Positions 9,840-19,720 are shown, counted from the stretch's first letter. The stretch: DNA of 64,000 nt from an uncultured bacterium (GCA_949283025.1 CASDRB010000004.1:24522-88521), one strand, 5' to 3'. Program-made: numbers and translations. The notes: a model not told the origin generated them from the letters alone.

Positions 9840-11047
9840 GCTTTGACGATTTCCTTTAATATTTCAATCATTAAATCATGTTCTTGTTTTACTAAAAATT
9901 CAAATGGACCATGATGATTGTAAGAACCAGTTCCTAAATTAGGAGTAGGGCATCCTTTAAAAGAAAAAGTCGCGCCATCGGTTCCGCCACGAATGGGAAC
10001 GAAATCAAGTTTCAAATTTAATTTATTAAATACATTTTTGATTTTTAAAAGAGCCGAATCATCTTTTTCAAAAATCTCTTTCATATTTTTATAATCATAA
10101 CCAACTTCAATAACAAGTTCATTTAGTTTAGGATATTTTTGTTGTATTATTGCTTTGGCATTATAAAATTCTTTAATTTTTTCTTCTAGCTTTTGTTTAT
10201 CATGATCTCGGATGATGTAAGATAATTTAGTATGTGAAGTAGTTCCACACATTTGTGTTAAATGGTGAAAACCTTCATAACCTTGAGTTTTTTCTGGCAC
10301 TTGTTGCGGGTTTAATAAAGCATCAAAATCCATCGCTATTTTAATGGCGTTGATCATTTTGTCTTTTGCTTCACCTGGATGAATTGAAATTCCTTGAATA
10401 TCGACATCAATATGAGCTGCATTAAAGTTTTCATACGACGCAATGTAAGGAGAATCACCATCAATAGTATATGCATAATTAGAGTTGAATTTTTGTGAAT
10501 CGAAATGATCAGCACCTCTTCCAATTTCTTCATCGCAAGTGAAAAGCAATGAAATAGGATGATGTTTAAAATTTGGATTAGAGATTAAAAACTCCACCAA
10601 ATTCATAATAATTGAAATACCGGCTTTATCATCAGCGCCAAGCAAAGTATCTGAATCGCTAACGACAATATCTTTCCCAACGTATTTCTTAAATATTGGA
10701 AAATCATTGACATCGATTAATGAGCCACATTTTTTTAAAATTGATTCGCCATTATAATTATGTATAAGTCTAGGAATTACACCACAACCAGAATAATCAG
10801 TAGCAGTATCCATATGTGCGTTAAAACCAATAGTAGGCAAATTTGAGTCACCTTCAATAAATGCCCAAATTTGTCCAAATTCATCGATTTTGCAAGATTT
10901 TACTCCTAAATTGCTTAAATCTTGAAGAATTTCTTTGGCTAGTTTGATTTGCTTTTTACTAGATGGAACAGTTAAAGAATCATCATCTGATTGCGTGTCA
11001 AATTTGACATATTTTAAAAAATATTTTAAGGAATCATCATTGGTCAT
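9836..11047 (-). CDS. pepT: Peptidase T (M20B tripeptidase)
   Basis: DTQS, AHMDT, LLGADDKAG, DEEIGRG, HPG.AK..M.NA, IRGGTDG. Confidence 0.95.
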   Translation of the reverse strand: MTNDDSLKYFLKYVKFDTQSDDDSLTVPSSKKQIKLAKEILQDLSNLGVKSCKIDEFGQIWAFIEGDSNLPTIGFNAHMDTATDYSGCGVIPRLIHNYNGESILKKCGSLIDVNDFPIFKKYVGKDIVVSDSDTLLGADDKAGISIIMNLVEFLISNPNFKHHPISLLFTCDEEIGRGADHFDSQKFNSNYAYTIDGDSPYIASYENFNAAHIDVDIQGISIHPGEAKDKMINAIKIAMDFDALLNPQQVPEKTQGYEGFHHLTQMCGTTSHTKLSYIIRDHDKQKLEEKIKEFYNAKAIIQQKYPKLNELVIEVGYDYKNMKEIFEKDDSALLKIKNVFNKLNLKLDFVPIRGGTDGATFSFKGCPTPNLGTGSYNHHGPFEFLVKQEHDLMIEILKEIVKA

Positions 11048-11723
11048 AATTTGCCTCTTTTAATTTATTTATTATAAGAAATAGACTATAAATAAATAAT
11101 GACCCTAATGAGTTTCCTATTGTAGTGACAACAATATTAACAAGCGATTGCCAAGACCATATTTTTGCGCTAGCAAAATAAGTCATATTAGCAATGCAGT
11201 GTTGAAAACCGGATATAACAAATGCGGCGACACATAAGATAACAATGACTATCTTTAAAAAATTTATCGAGATATTTTTATAGCTATATACAGCTAAAAA
11301 GACCAAAATCCCGCATAAAAAAGAAGTCAATAAACTTGATAAATAACTTTGGAAATCGTTTAGAGCAAATAAGCGGCTAGATGCAATTGTATATGCTTGG
11401 TTTATTAAGTCGCTATTTTGCCCAAAGGCATAAAAAGTGATTGTTCCAATTAATAATGCTCCAATTACATTACCAAGATACATGATTAACAAATCTAAAA
11501 ACGGATATGGCTTTTTTTCAAAAATAAAACCAATTTTACCAGTGTATAAATTTAAACTAAATCCACAAACCATTAACAATCCAACAGAAAAAAAGATGGA
11601 ACCTAAAACAGTTTGATTTTTAACGGCGCAGGCAATATAGGCAACACCGCCTAATCCAATAGCAATTCCTGCTAAAATTCCTAATATTAAACATCTTATT
11701 ATTGGTTTAATTTTTGCTGTCAT
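11037..11723 (-). CDS. Formate/nitrite transporter (FNT) family channel
   Basis: LYTG, YLGN..G, CG.LV.LAV, F...GFQHCIANM, GN..G. Confidence 0.9.
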   Translation of the reverse strand: MTAKIKPIIRCLILGILAGIAIGLGGVAYIACAVKNQTVLGSIFFSVGLLMVCGFSLNLYTGKIGFIFEKKPYPFLDLLIMYLGNVIGALLIGTITFYAFGQNSDLINQAYTIASSRLFALNDFQSYLSSLLTSFLCGILVFLAVYSYKNISINFLKIVIVILCVAAFVISGFQHCIANMTYFASAKIWSWQSLVNIVVTTIGNSLGSLFIYSLFLIINKLKEANYDQ

Positions 11724-12336
11724 TATTTTTGACCCCTGTTAATTCAATAAAATATGGCAAAGTTTCGCACCAATGACAAAATTCGTGCCATTCCTTTAAT
11801 TTATGATTTTTGCGTTGCAAGTACATTGTTTTTAATTGACGATAGTTAGTCGTCATTGTCGCTCCTAGCACAAAACCACAGGGTAAAGATGCAACTAATT
11901 TCCTCCACATCGATTTTTGTTTGCTAGGATCAATATTATTTTTTTCTTGGTTATTGTAGGCGTTATATTCATCTAGCAATTGTTGATAACGATTTAAAAT
12001 TAGTTCATCGGTGTCACTAACGCATTGAGTTTTTACATCAAACTTTGCAAGGCGATGCATGGTAGATTGTGATGAAATAAAATTTAAAAATTTATAGCGT
12101 TGTATTTCTTTCCATTGGAAAAGCGGGGCATATAAATCAAAAGACACCAATATCCCAGTTAGAAATTGGTCGTGGCCTTCGCCAAGTCCAGTCTGTCCAA
12201 GCAAAATTCCTCGTTTTAAATCTTTTTCGCTCATTTTGATTGTATTATCATCCATGGTTGTACGCATAGCGTTACCACTTGCAATAATTGCCTTATCAAT
12301 ACCATAAACAGCAGTATTTTCAATTTTAAATTCCAT
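11707..12336 (-). CDS. Divergent ThyX-fold protein (candidate non-canonical flavin-dependent thymidylate synthase)
   Basis: GHDQFL, QRYKFLNFISSQSTMH and TTNYRQLKTMYLQRKNHKLKEW align by eye with ThyX GHxS, RHRx7S and TxNxRxL..F...R....Q.E. Operon with dCMP deaminase and folD. Confidence 0.6.
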   Translation of the reverse strand: MEFKIENTAVYGIDKAIIASGNAMRTTMDDNTIKMSEKDLKRGILLGQTGLGEGHDQFLTGILVSFDLYAPLFQWKEIQRYKFLNFISSQSTMHRLAKFDVKTQCVSDTDELILNRYQQLLDEYNAYNNQEKNNIDPSKQKSMWRKLVASLPCGFVLGATMTTNYRQLKTMYLQRKNHKLKEWHEFCHWCETLPYFIELTGVKNNDSKN

Positions 12337-12337
12337 A

Positions 12338-13129
12338 TTATTTTCCTTTTGTCAGTTCTAATAAATTTTCATATAAAGCCAAGCGTGTTAATAAACCAAC
12401 ACCCCCAGGAACAGGAGTTTGTATTTTGACCCCTAAATCTTTGATGGCATCTCCTTTTAAACCCTCATCTGTTCTAGAAATTCCGACATCTACAATCACG
12501 GAATCAGGCTTATAATTAAATCGTTTATCTAAAAACCCTGGCCTACCGATAGCAACGACGATAATATCGGCGTTTTTGATATAATTTGCCATATCTTCAA
12601 ATTTTGTTTTTGAATGCAAAATTGTGACATTGCATGATTCGTTTAATAACAATTTAGCCATCGGTTTTCCAACGATATTGCTTCGGCCGATTACCACTGC
12701 GTTTTTGCCCAATAATTCAACATTTTCATATTTCAAATAATTCATTATACCTTTTGGAGTGCATGGCGATAAAGTTGACAAAGGGTGGAATCCATCAATA
12801 TCTTTTTTTGGCGATATAGCTAATTTTATTGCCTCTTCATTTATTTGATTCGGAAGAGGCATTTGCACGATAAAACCATCATAGTTATCGCCATTATTTA
12901 ATTTATTAATTAAAGTCAATAACTCTTCTTGAGTAGTTGATTGTGGAAGTTTGATTAACTTAGCATTAATATTTAATTCTTCAGCATCTTTTAATTTGCC
13001 TTTAATATAAGCATTAGAAGCTGGATCATCATTGACTTGCACTATCGCTAATGAAGGTTTTTTTTGCATGCAAGATACATATTGCTTTATTTCTTGTTTT
13101 CTTTTTAAAACATATTCTTTAATTGTCAT
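12338..13129 (-). CDS. folD: Methylenetetrahydrofolate dehydrogenase/cyclohydrolase
   Basis: VQMPLP, KDIDG, PCTP.G, GRSNIVGKP, TPVPGGVG. Confidence 0.95.
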   Translation of the reverse strand: MTIKEYVLKRKQEIKQYVSCMQKKPSLAIVQVNDDPASNAYIKGKLKDAEELNINAKLIKLPQSTTQEELLTLINKLNNGDNYDGFIVQMPLPNQINEEAIKLAISPKKDIDGFHPLSTLSPCTPKGIMNYLKYENVELLGKNAVVIGRSNIVGKPMAKLLLNESCNVTILHSKTKFEDMANYIKNADIIVVAIGRPGFLDKRFNYKPDSVIVDVGISRTDEGLKGDAIKDLGVKIQTPVPGGVGLLTRLALYENLLELTKGK

Positions 13130-13132
13130 TTT

Positions 13133-13609
13133 TTAATCCATTACATCAATTTTAAGAGTTCTTCCGCGGTATTTTCGTATTTTAACTCCTGCTAATTGCA
13201 ACATTTTCAAACTAGCGCGTGTTGTGATACTATTTTCGTATTTGTTATCCATATATATAATTTCTTTGATTCCAACTTGAATAATAGCTTTAGCACATTC
13301 ATTGCAAGGGAATAGTGTCACATACAAGGTACAATTTTTTAAAGCGGATCCGTTGCGCGTATTTAGTATTGCATTGAACTCGGCATGGCATACATACAAA
13401 TATTTATTATCTAAATCTTCACCTTTGTTCCACGATAATTCGCCATCATCTATAAGGCGCGGCATGCCATTGTATCCAATAGATACTACTTTGTGATCTT
13501 CATCGACGATACAAGCACCTACTTTTGTGTTTGGGTCTTTGCTTCTTAACGCGCTTAAAGAAGCAATTCCCATGAAGTATTCGTCCCAGTTTATATTATT
13601 TGTTTTCAT
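13133..13609 (-). CDS. dCMP deaminase (ComEB family)
   Basis: RSKDP..VGA, GYNG, HAE.NA, PCNECAK. Confidence 0.93.
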   Translation of the reverse strand: MKTNNINWDEYFMGIASLSALRSKDPNTKVGACIVDEDHKVVSIGYNGMPRLIDDGELSWNKGEDLDNKYLYVCHAEFNAILNTRNGSALKNCTLYVTLFPCNECAKAIIQVGIKEIIYMDNKYENSITTRASLKMLQLAGVKIRKYRGRTLKIDVMD

Positions 13610-13708
13610 GGTTAATATTCTAACAAATTATTATATAAAAAAATAGAACTAATTAAATAAATTTAATTGGGTATGTATTTTAATTGTTTAAAGCTATATA
13701 ATTTTATT

Positions 13709-14398
13709 ATGGATTTTGTAGGAATTGAAAAACTTTCATTGCTTGACTTTGATGAAAAAGTTTCATGCATTTTATTTTGTGAACATTGCAACTTTCGATG
13801 CCCGTTTTGTCATAACTCTTCTTTAGTATATGGGATTCATAATCAAGTTATACCATTTTCTGAGATAATAGCCTATTTAAATAAAAGAAAACATATTTTG
13901 GATGCGGTTGTTATTTCTGGTGGTGAACCGACATTGATGGATGATTTAAAAGATAAAATAAAAACAATAAAAAATATGAGTTTTTTATTAAAATTGGACA
14001 CTAATGGCACAAAGCCAAATGTTATTAAAGAATTGGTTGAAGAAAAATTGATTGATTATGTTGCAATGGATATAAAAAATTGTTTGGAAAAATATCCTTT
14101 GACTTGTGGAGTTAAACAAACTCCAAATGAAGAAATATTGAAAAGCATTGATTATTTAAAATCTAATGCGATTGATTATGAATTTAGAACCACTTTAATT
14201 AAAGAGTTTCACGATGAAGCAGCTATTGTCAAAATGGGTGAAATGATTAAAGGTGCCAAAAAATTGTTTTTACAAAAATTTATTGCTCATGATGAGTGCA
14301 TCAATCCTAATTTAGAGCCAGTGGATATTGAGCAGGCTAATAAATATAGACAAATATTGTTGAACTATGTTGAAAATGTAGAATTGCGCGGATATTAA
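13709..14398 (+). CDS. nrdG: Anaerobic ribonucleotide reductase activating radical SAM enzyme
   Basis: CNFRCPFCHN, SGGEPT, KLDTNG, DYVAMDIK, YEFRTT. nrdD is nearby. Confidence 0.9.
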   Translation: MDFVGIEKLSLLDFDEKVSCILFCEHCNFRCPFCHNSSLVYGIHNQVIPFSEIIAYLNKRKHILDAVVISGGEPTLMDDLKDKIKTIKNMSFLLKLDTNGTKPNVIKELVEEKLIDYVAMDIKNCLEKYPLTCGVKQTPNEEILKSIDYLKSNAIDYEFRTTLIKEFHDEAAIVKMGEMIKGAKKLFLQKFIAHDECINPNLEPVDIEQANKYRQILLNYVENVELRGY

Positions 14399-14421
14399 AA
14401 AAAGAGGTAAAACCTCTTTTT
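14397..14421. terminator. Bidirectional terminator between nrdG and trxB
   Basis: A-run-GAGGT-AAA-ACCTC-T-run between convergent genes. Confidence 0.8.
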
Positions 14422-14425
14422 ATTA

Positions 14426-15325
14426 TTAATCCAAATATTTTAAAGCAGAAACCGCAGCGATAGCACCATCATTGCAAGCAGTAACTAATTGTCTAACTTG
14501 TTTTACTCGTGTGTCGCCGATTGCAAACAATCCATTTGTTTTTGTTTCCATATTTTGATCAACGACGATGTATCCATTATCTAAATCAACCAAATTTTTA
14601 AACATATCATTGTTTGGAATTTGTCCAATAGCAATAAAAACATTATTGGTTTTAAAATTAATTATTTCTTTAGTTTTAGTGTCTTGAAAAGTCAAACCTT
14701 CTAGTTGAGTTTCTCCAACATAAGAAATTAGGTTTAAGTTATGTCTTACTTCAATTTTATTATTTGTTAAAACTCTTTTTTGCAAAATATCATCACTAAA
14801 GAATCGATCAAATAAAGTAAATAAATGAACTTTTGGACAATAGTTAGCTAACATCAAGGCGTATTGAAGCGCTGAATTTGCATCGCCAATAACATATGTT
14901 TCCTGCCCTTTATAAAAGGCGCCATCACAGACAGCACAATATGAAATTCCCTTGCCAATTAAATGTTCTTCATTTGCTAGGTTCATACGTCGATGCTTAA
15001 CGCCATTAGCAATGATAACAGTTTTAGATTCATAAGTATGGTAATTTGTCGATACGATGAACCCTTGATTGTTTTTTTGAATATCAGTGACACATTCCAA
15101 TTCAAAATTAGCGCCTAAATTCATGATTTGTTCAAACATTAAATCGCTCAATTGCAATCCAGAGATTGATTGATGGGTAGGAAAATTTTCTACCCTAGGA
15201 GAGGTGGCGATTTGCCCACCAAAAGATTCTTTTTCTAAAATAAGAACAGTTTTAGAAGATCTTAATGCATATAAGGCGGCAGTCATGCCGGAAGGTCCGC
15301 CACCAACAATAATAATATCAAACAT
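14426..15325 (-). CDS. trxB: Thioredoxin reductase family flavoprotein with degenerate NADPH site
   Basis: GGGPSG (FAD), SYCAVCDG redox pair, GLFAIGD. The NADPH motifs read GDANSA and TLFDRFF. Confidence 0.85.
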   Translation of the reverse strand: MFDIIIVGGGPSGMTAALYALRSSKTVLILEKESFGGQIATSPRVENFPTHQSISGLQLSDLMFEQIMNLGANFELECVTDIQKNNQGFIVSTNYHTYESKTVIIANGVKHRRMNLANEEHLIGKGISYCAVCDGAFYKGQETYVIGDANSALQYALMLANYCPKVHLFTLFDRFFSDDILQKRVLTNNKIEVRHNLNLISYVGETQLEGLTFQDTKTKEIINFKTNNVFIAIGQIPNNDMFKNLVDLDNGYIVVDQNMETKTNGLFAIGDTRVKQVRQLVTACNDGAIAAVSALKYLD

Positions 15326-15327
15326 TA

Positions 15328-17700
15328 TTATGCTTGAGCCTCTATAAACGATTTAATATTAGATGCGTTTTCATAAACATCAAATTGATCGTCGTGAGGA
15401 ACTAATAATGTTGGCGCTTTTTTAATGCCGTAAGCAATAGCAATGGCCTTGTCATCTTCGGCATCGATGACACGATATTTAATTCCGGCTTTATCAAGCA
15501 ACATTTTGGCCATTTTACAATTTGGACAAGTCTTAGTGGTAAACAACATTATTTCTTTAACATCGCTGGTATGAATGGTTTCACATACTTGGTCGATGCC
15601 GTTTTCTTTTAATGAATGAGTTAAATTGGAATGTTCCAAGTCATATTCTTTACGATTTTTGAATTCTTCAGTTTTACCATCGTTCCAGTTTTGAATAGGA
15701 CGATAGTAGCCGGTAATTCGAGAATAAACCTCGGTTTTTTGATGGCATATTGGGCATTCATATTGTTCGCCGACTAAATAACCATGATCTTTACATACAG
15801 AATATGTAGGTGACATCGTATAATATGGCAAGTGATAATTTTCAGCAATTTTTCTTACTAAATTCATGCAAGATTTCCATGATGGCAATTTCTGACCTAA
15901 GAAGCAATGGAAGACGGTTCCAGACGTGTATAATGTTTGTAGTTCATCTTGAATGTCCAACGCTGCAAATAAGTCATCAGTATAGCCAACTGGTAGATGA
16001 GAAGAGTTAGTATAGTAGGGTGTTTTACCATTTTCACTAGCGGTAATAATATCTGGGTATTTTTTCTTATCATGTTTTGCTAAACGATATGCAGTTGATT
16101 CAGCAGGAGTTGCCTCTAAATTATATAAATCACCATATAGTTCTTGATAGTCAGATAATCTTTCGCGCATATGATTCAAAACAGCTTTAGTAAATGTCTG
16201 TGCTAAAGGATGGGTTAAATCTTTTTTAATCCATCTAGCGTTTAAACACGCCTCATTCATGCCGACTAATCCAATCGTTGAAAAGTGATTGTCAAATGAA
16301 CCTAAATAACGTTTGGTATATGGATATAAACCAGCATTCAATAGGGCGGTAATCGTATTTCTTTTTACTTTTAAAGAACGAGCAGCGACGTCCATGATAT
16401 GGTCTAAACGATGATAAAAATCAGCTTCATCAGTAGCTAAATAAGCTAAGCGTGGCATATTGATTGTAACGACACCAATTGAGCCAGTAGATTCGCCACT
16501 TCCAAAAAAACCACCTGATTTTTTTCTTAATTCTCTTAAATCTAAACGCAAGCGACAACACATGCTACGCACATCGCTTGGCTCCATATCAGAGTTAACA
16601 TAATTTGAAAAATAAGGAGTACCATATTTTGCAGCCATTTCAAATAGCATCTTGTTGTTTTCAGTTTCGCTCCAATCAAAAGTGCGAGTGATGGAGTATG
16701 TTGGAATTGGATATTGAAAACCTCTTCCATTTGCGTCGCCTTCGATCATTATCTCAATGAAAGCTTTATTAATCATCGCCATTTCTTTTACGCAATCTTT
16801 ATATTTAAAGTTAACTTCTTTGCCACCGATAATACAATTTAATTCAGCCATATCGTTTGGCACTACCCAGTCTAAAGTAATGTTTGAAAATGGTGCTTGT
16901 GTTCCCCAACGAGAGGGCGTATTAACTCCAAATACAAAAGATTGAATGCATTGTTTAACTTCTTTATAAGTTAAATTGTCTACTTTAACAAATGGTGCTA
17001 AATAAGTATCAAACGAAGAGAAAGCTTGAGCTCCTGCCCATTCGTTTTGCATGATACCTAAAAAATTAACCATTTGGTTGCACAATGTAGATAAATGTGA
17101 GGCAGGAGAAGAAGTGATTTTTCCAGCTACGCCGCCTAAACCTTCTTGTATTAATTGCTTTAATGACCAGCCTGCACAATACCCGCTCAACATCGACAAA
17201 TCGTGCAAATGAATATCGGCATTTCGATGAGCATTGGCAATTTCTTGATCATATACTTCACTCAACCAATAATTTGCGGTGACAGCCCCAGAGTTTGATA
17301 AAATCAAACCGCCCAGTGAATAAGTGACAGTTGAATTCTCTTTAACACGCCAGTCATTAATTTTTAAATAATCATCGACAATATTTTTATAATTGATATT
17401 AGTTGTTTTGATTTCTCTTAAATTTTGATGTTGTTTTCGATAAATCATATATGATCTTGCAACATCAATATAACCTGCTTGAATTAAAACAACTTCAACA
17501 CTATCTTGTATATCTTCGACATCGACAATTTCGTTTTTGACTTTTTGATTGAAATCAGCAGTGACGCGCAATGCAAGCATTTCAATGATGTCCTTATTGT
17601 AGTACTTATGTTCAGCTAAAAAAGCTCTTTCAATTGCGTTTTGAATCTTTTCAATTGCAAAATCATTGATTGATCCATCTCTTTTTCTTACTTTTAACAT
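15328..17700 (-). CDS. nrdD: Class III (anaerobic) ribonucleoside-triphosphate reductase with N-terminal ATP cone and fused C-terminal glutaredoxin/NrdH-like domain
   Basis: KVRKRDG ATP cone, YCAGWS, SMCCRL, CKDHG..CPIC metal site, SRITGYY glycyl radical loop, C-terminal TCPNC..APTL. Confidence 0.95.
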   Translation of the reverse strand: MLKVRKRDGSINDFAIEKIQNAIERAFLAEHKYYNKDIIEMLALRVTADFNQKVKNEIVDVEDIQDSVEVVLIQAGYIDVARSYMIYRKQHQNLREIKTTNINYKNIVDDYLKINDWRVKENSTVTYSLGGLILSNSGAVTANYWLSEVYDQEIANAHRNADIHLHDLSMLSGYCAGWSLKQLIQEGLGGVAGKITSSPASHLSTLCNQMVNFLGIMQNEWAGAQAFSSFDTYLAPFVKVDNLTYKEVKQCIQSFVFGVNTPSRWGTQAPFSNITLDWVVPNDMAELNCIIGGKEVNFKYKDCVKEMAMINKAFIEIMIEGDANGRGFQYPIPTYSITRTFDWSETENNKMLFEMAAKYGTPYFSNYVNSDMEPSDVRSMCCRLRLDLRELRKKSGGFFGSGESTGSIGVVTINMPRLAYLATDEADFYHRLDHIMDVAARSLKVKRNTITALLNAGLYPYTKRYLGSFDNHFSTIGLVGMNEACLNARWIKKDLTHPLAQTFTKAVLNHMRERLSDYQELYGDLYNLEATPAESTAYRLAKHDKKKYPDIITASENGKTPYYTNSSHLPVGYTDDLFAALDIQDELQTLYTSGTVFHCFLGQKLPSWKSCMNLVRKIAENYHLPYYTMSPTYSVCKDHGYLVGEQYECPICHQKTEVYSRITGYYRPIQNWNDGKTEEFKNRKEYDLEHSNLTHSLKENGIDQVCETIHTSDVKEIMLFTTKTCPNCKMAKMLLDKAGIKYRVIDAEDDKAIAIAYGIKKAPTLLVPHDDQFDVYENASNIKSFIEAQA

Positions 17701-17971
17701 CCTTATATCCCTCCTTAGGTGTAAATGAAAAAATATGTAACTAAGAACTTGAGTTCTATTATCTTATCGAATCCCCCATTTTCGGGATACATAGGGGAGT
17801 CGTCTTAAATAATATATTATATAAAGGTTAAAACACAAATAAAAAAATTAAAAAACTACTAATATTTATACAGTGTCAAAAAGTTTGAAATTTGGGCTTG
17901 GAAATTGCATTGGTTTATGTATCAAAGAAAAACTTTTTTCTATCCTAGTTTTATTTGTATATAATTTAATT

Positions 17972-19720
17972 ATGAAAGTGAAACCAGAACAAATCATCCC
18001 TTTATATGAGTATCCACGTCCTCAATTTGAAAGGTCGTCATATTTATGTCTCAATGGCATTTGGAGATACGCTTTTTCTAATAGTGATTCGCGATTGCAA
18101 GAAATGGATGGAAACATCGTTGTCCCTTATTCTCCAGAATCGAGATTAAGTGGTGTCAACAGGCAATTACAAAAAGATCAATTTCTTCATTATTGCCGAT
18201 ATTTTAAATTACCTGATGGTTTTTTTAAAGGACGTTTAATTTTAAATATTGGTGCAATAGATCAAAGATGTCGCATTTACATTAATGGACATTTTGTTGC
18301 GCAATGGAACTTTGGTTATATTCCAATCAGTGTTGATATTACTAAATATATTGTGCAATATGACAATAACGAAATTTATATTGTGGTTTATGATGATGCC
18401 GATAGTGAAGTTTTTGCTCGTGGCAAACAAGCTTATAAGCGAGGTGGGATTTGGTATACAGCTATATCAGGTATTTATCAAACTGTTTTTTTGGAATCTG
18501 TGCCTAAAAATTATTTAAGAAATATTAAAATCACTCCTGAATTTGATAATCAAATTATTAAATTCGATCTTGATTGTGTTGGAGAGTTAAGAAACATTAA
18601 TTTTGACATATATGAAGAAAATAAATTAATCCAAACAATTGTTTCCAAAAATGGAGAATCTATTTCTTTTCGTTTTCATTCCATACACCCATGGACTTGC
18701 GAAGACCCTTTTTTATATGATGTGAAAATAAGATACTCAAATGATGAAATATCTACATATTTCGCTATGCGAAAATTTTCTGTTTTAAATGTTGATAAAT
18801 TTAAATATTTTGCCTTAAATAATAAACCTATTTTAATGAAGGGCGTTTTGGATCAAGGATATTTTTATGATGGAATCTATACTCCTAAATTTTATAAAGA
18901 TTATCTTAAGGATATAAAACTTGCTAAAGCATTAGGATTTAATGTTTTAAGAAAACACATTAAAATTGAACCATATCGTTTTTATTATTATTGTGATAAG
19001 TTAGGAATGATTGTTTGGCAAGATTTTGTAAATGGCGGTGCTAAATATAAAAAAAGTTATATATATTTACGACCTTTTTTCAATTTTAATGTCGATGATT
19101 TAGATTATAAAAAATTAGGTAGGGCAAATGAAAAATCTAGAATTCAGTTTTATAAAGAAATGAATTTGACTGTTGCTACTTTATACAATTGTCCATGCAT
19201 TGGGCTTTGGACCATTTTTAACGAAGGATGGGGCCAATTTGACAGCGAACAAGCAACCGAGGTTTTAAAGACGCTTGATCAGACTAGATTGATTGATTCA
19301 GCTTCTGGGTGGTATGACCAAGGTGCAGGTGATTGCAATTCTAAACATGTTTATTTTAAAACGATAAGAATATACAACGATTATAAAAGAGTATTGTCTT
19401 TATCTGAATTTGGTGGTTATTCTTTATACATTAAAGATCACAGTTTTTCAAAAAAATCTTTTGGTTATAAAAAAATGTATAATTCAGATGAATTGAGCGA
19501 TGAAATATATAAACTCTTTGTCAGTGAAGTAAAACATGCTATTTGTCATCAAGGATTAAGTGCGTATATATATACGCAGTTAAGCGATGTTGAAGACGAA
19601 GTGAATGGATTTATTACATATGATCGGAAAGTAATAAAAGTTGATATTGATAAAATTAAAAGCGCCAATGAGGCGCTTGACAAAATCTTTTATGTTAAAT
19701 TTAATCACTCATCAACATAG
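17972..19720 (+). CDS. Glycoside hydrolase family 2 (beta-galactosidase/glucuronidase-like)
   Basis: YPRPQF.R, LNG.W, SGIYQTV.LE, GVLDQG, GFN.LRKHIK, W..FNEGWGQ, SEFGG. Confidence 0.9.
   Translation: MKVKPEQIIPLYEYPRPQFERSSYLCLNGIWRYAFSNSDSRLQEMDGNIVVPYSPESRLSGVNRQLQKDQFLHYCRYFKLPDGFFKGRLILNIGAIDQRCRIYINGHFVAQWNFGYIPISVDITKYIVQYDNNEIYIVVYDDADSEVFARGKQAYKRGGIWYTAISGIYQTVFLESVPKNYLRNIKITPEFDNQIIKFDLDCVGELRNINFDIYEENKLIQTIVSKNGESISFRFHSIHPWTCEDPFLYDVKIRYSNDEISTYFAMRKFSVLNVDKFKYFALNNKPILMKGVLDQGYFYDGIYTPKFYKDYLKDIKLAKALGFNVLRKHIKIEPYRFYYYCDKLGMIVWQDFVNGGAKYKKSYIYLRPFFNFNVDDLDYKKLGRANEKSRIQFYKEMNLTVATLYNCPCIGLWTIFNEGWGQFDSEQATEVLKTLDQTRLIDSASGWYDQGAGDCNSKHVYFKTIRIYNDYKRVLSLSEFGGYSLYIKDHSFSKKSFGYKKMYNSDELSDEIYKLFVSEVKHAICHQGLSAYIYTQLSDVEDEVNGFITYDRKVIKVDIDKIKSANEALDKIFYVKFNHSST
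19655..19678 (-). terminator. Putative terminator of the MFS gene, embedded in the 3' end of the convergent GH2 CDS
   Basis: Minus strand AAGCGCC-TCATT-GGCGCTT then TTAATTTT, about 25 nt past the MFS stop. Confidence 0.45.

Noticed and set aside
17850-17878. Possible NrdR box upstream of nrdD
   Set aside because: Only a loose resemblance to the consensus, with no clear tandem pair.
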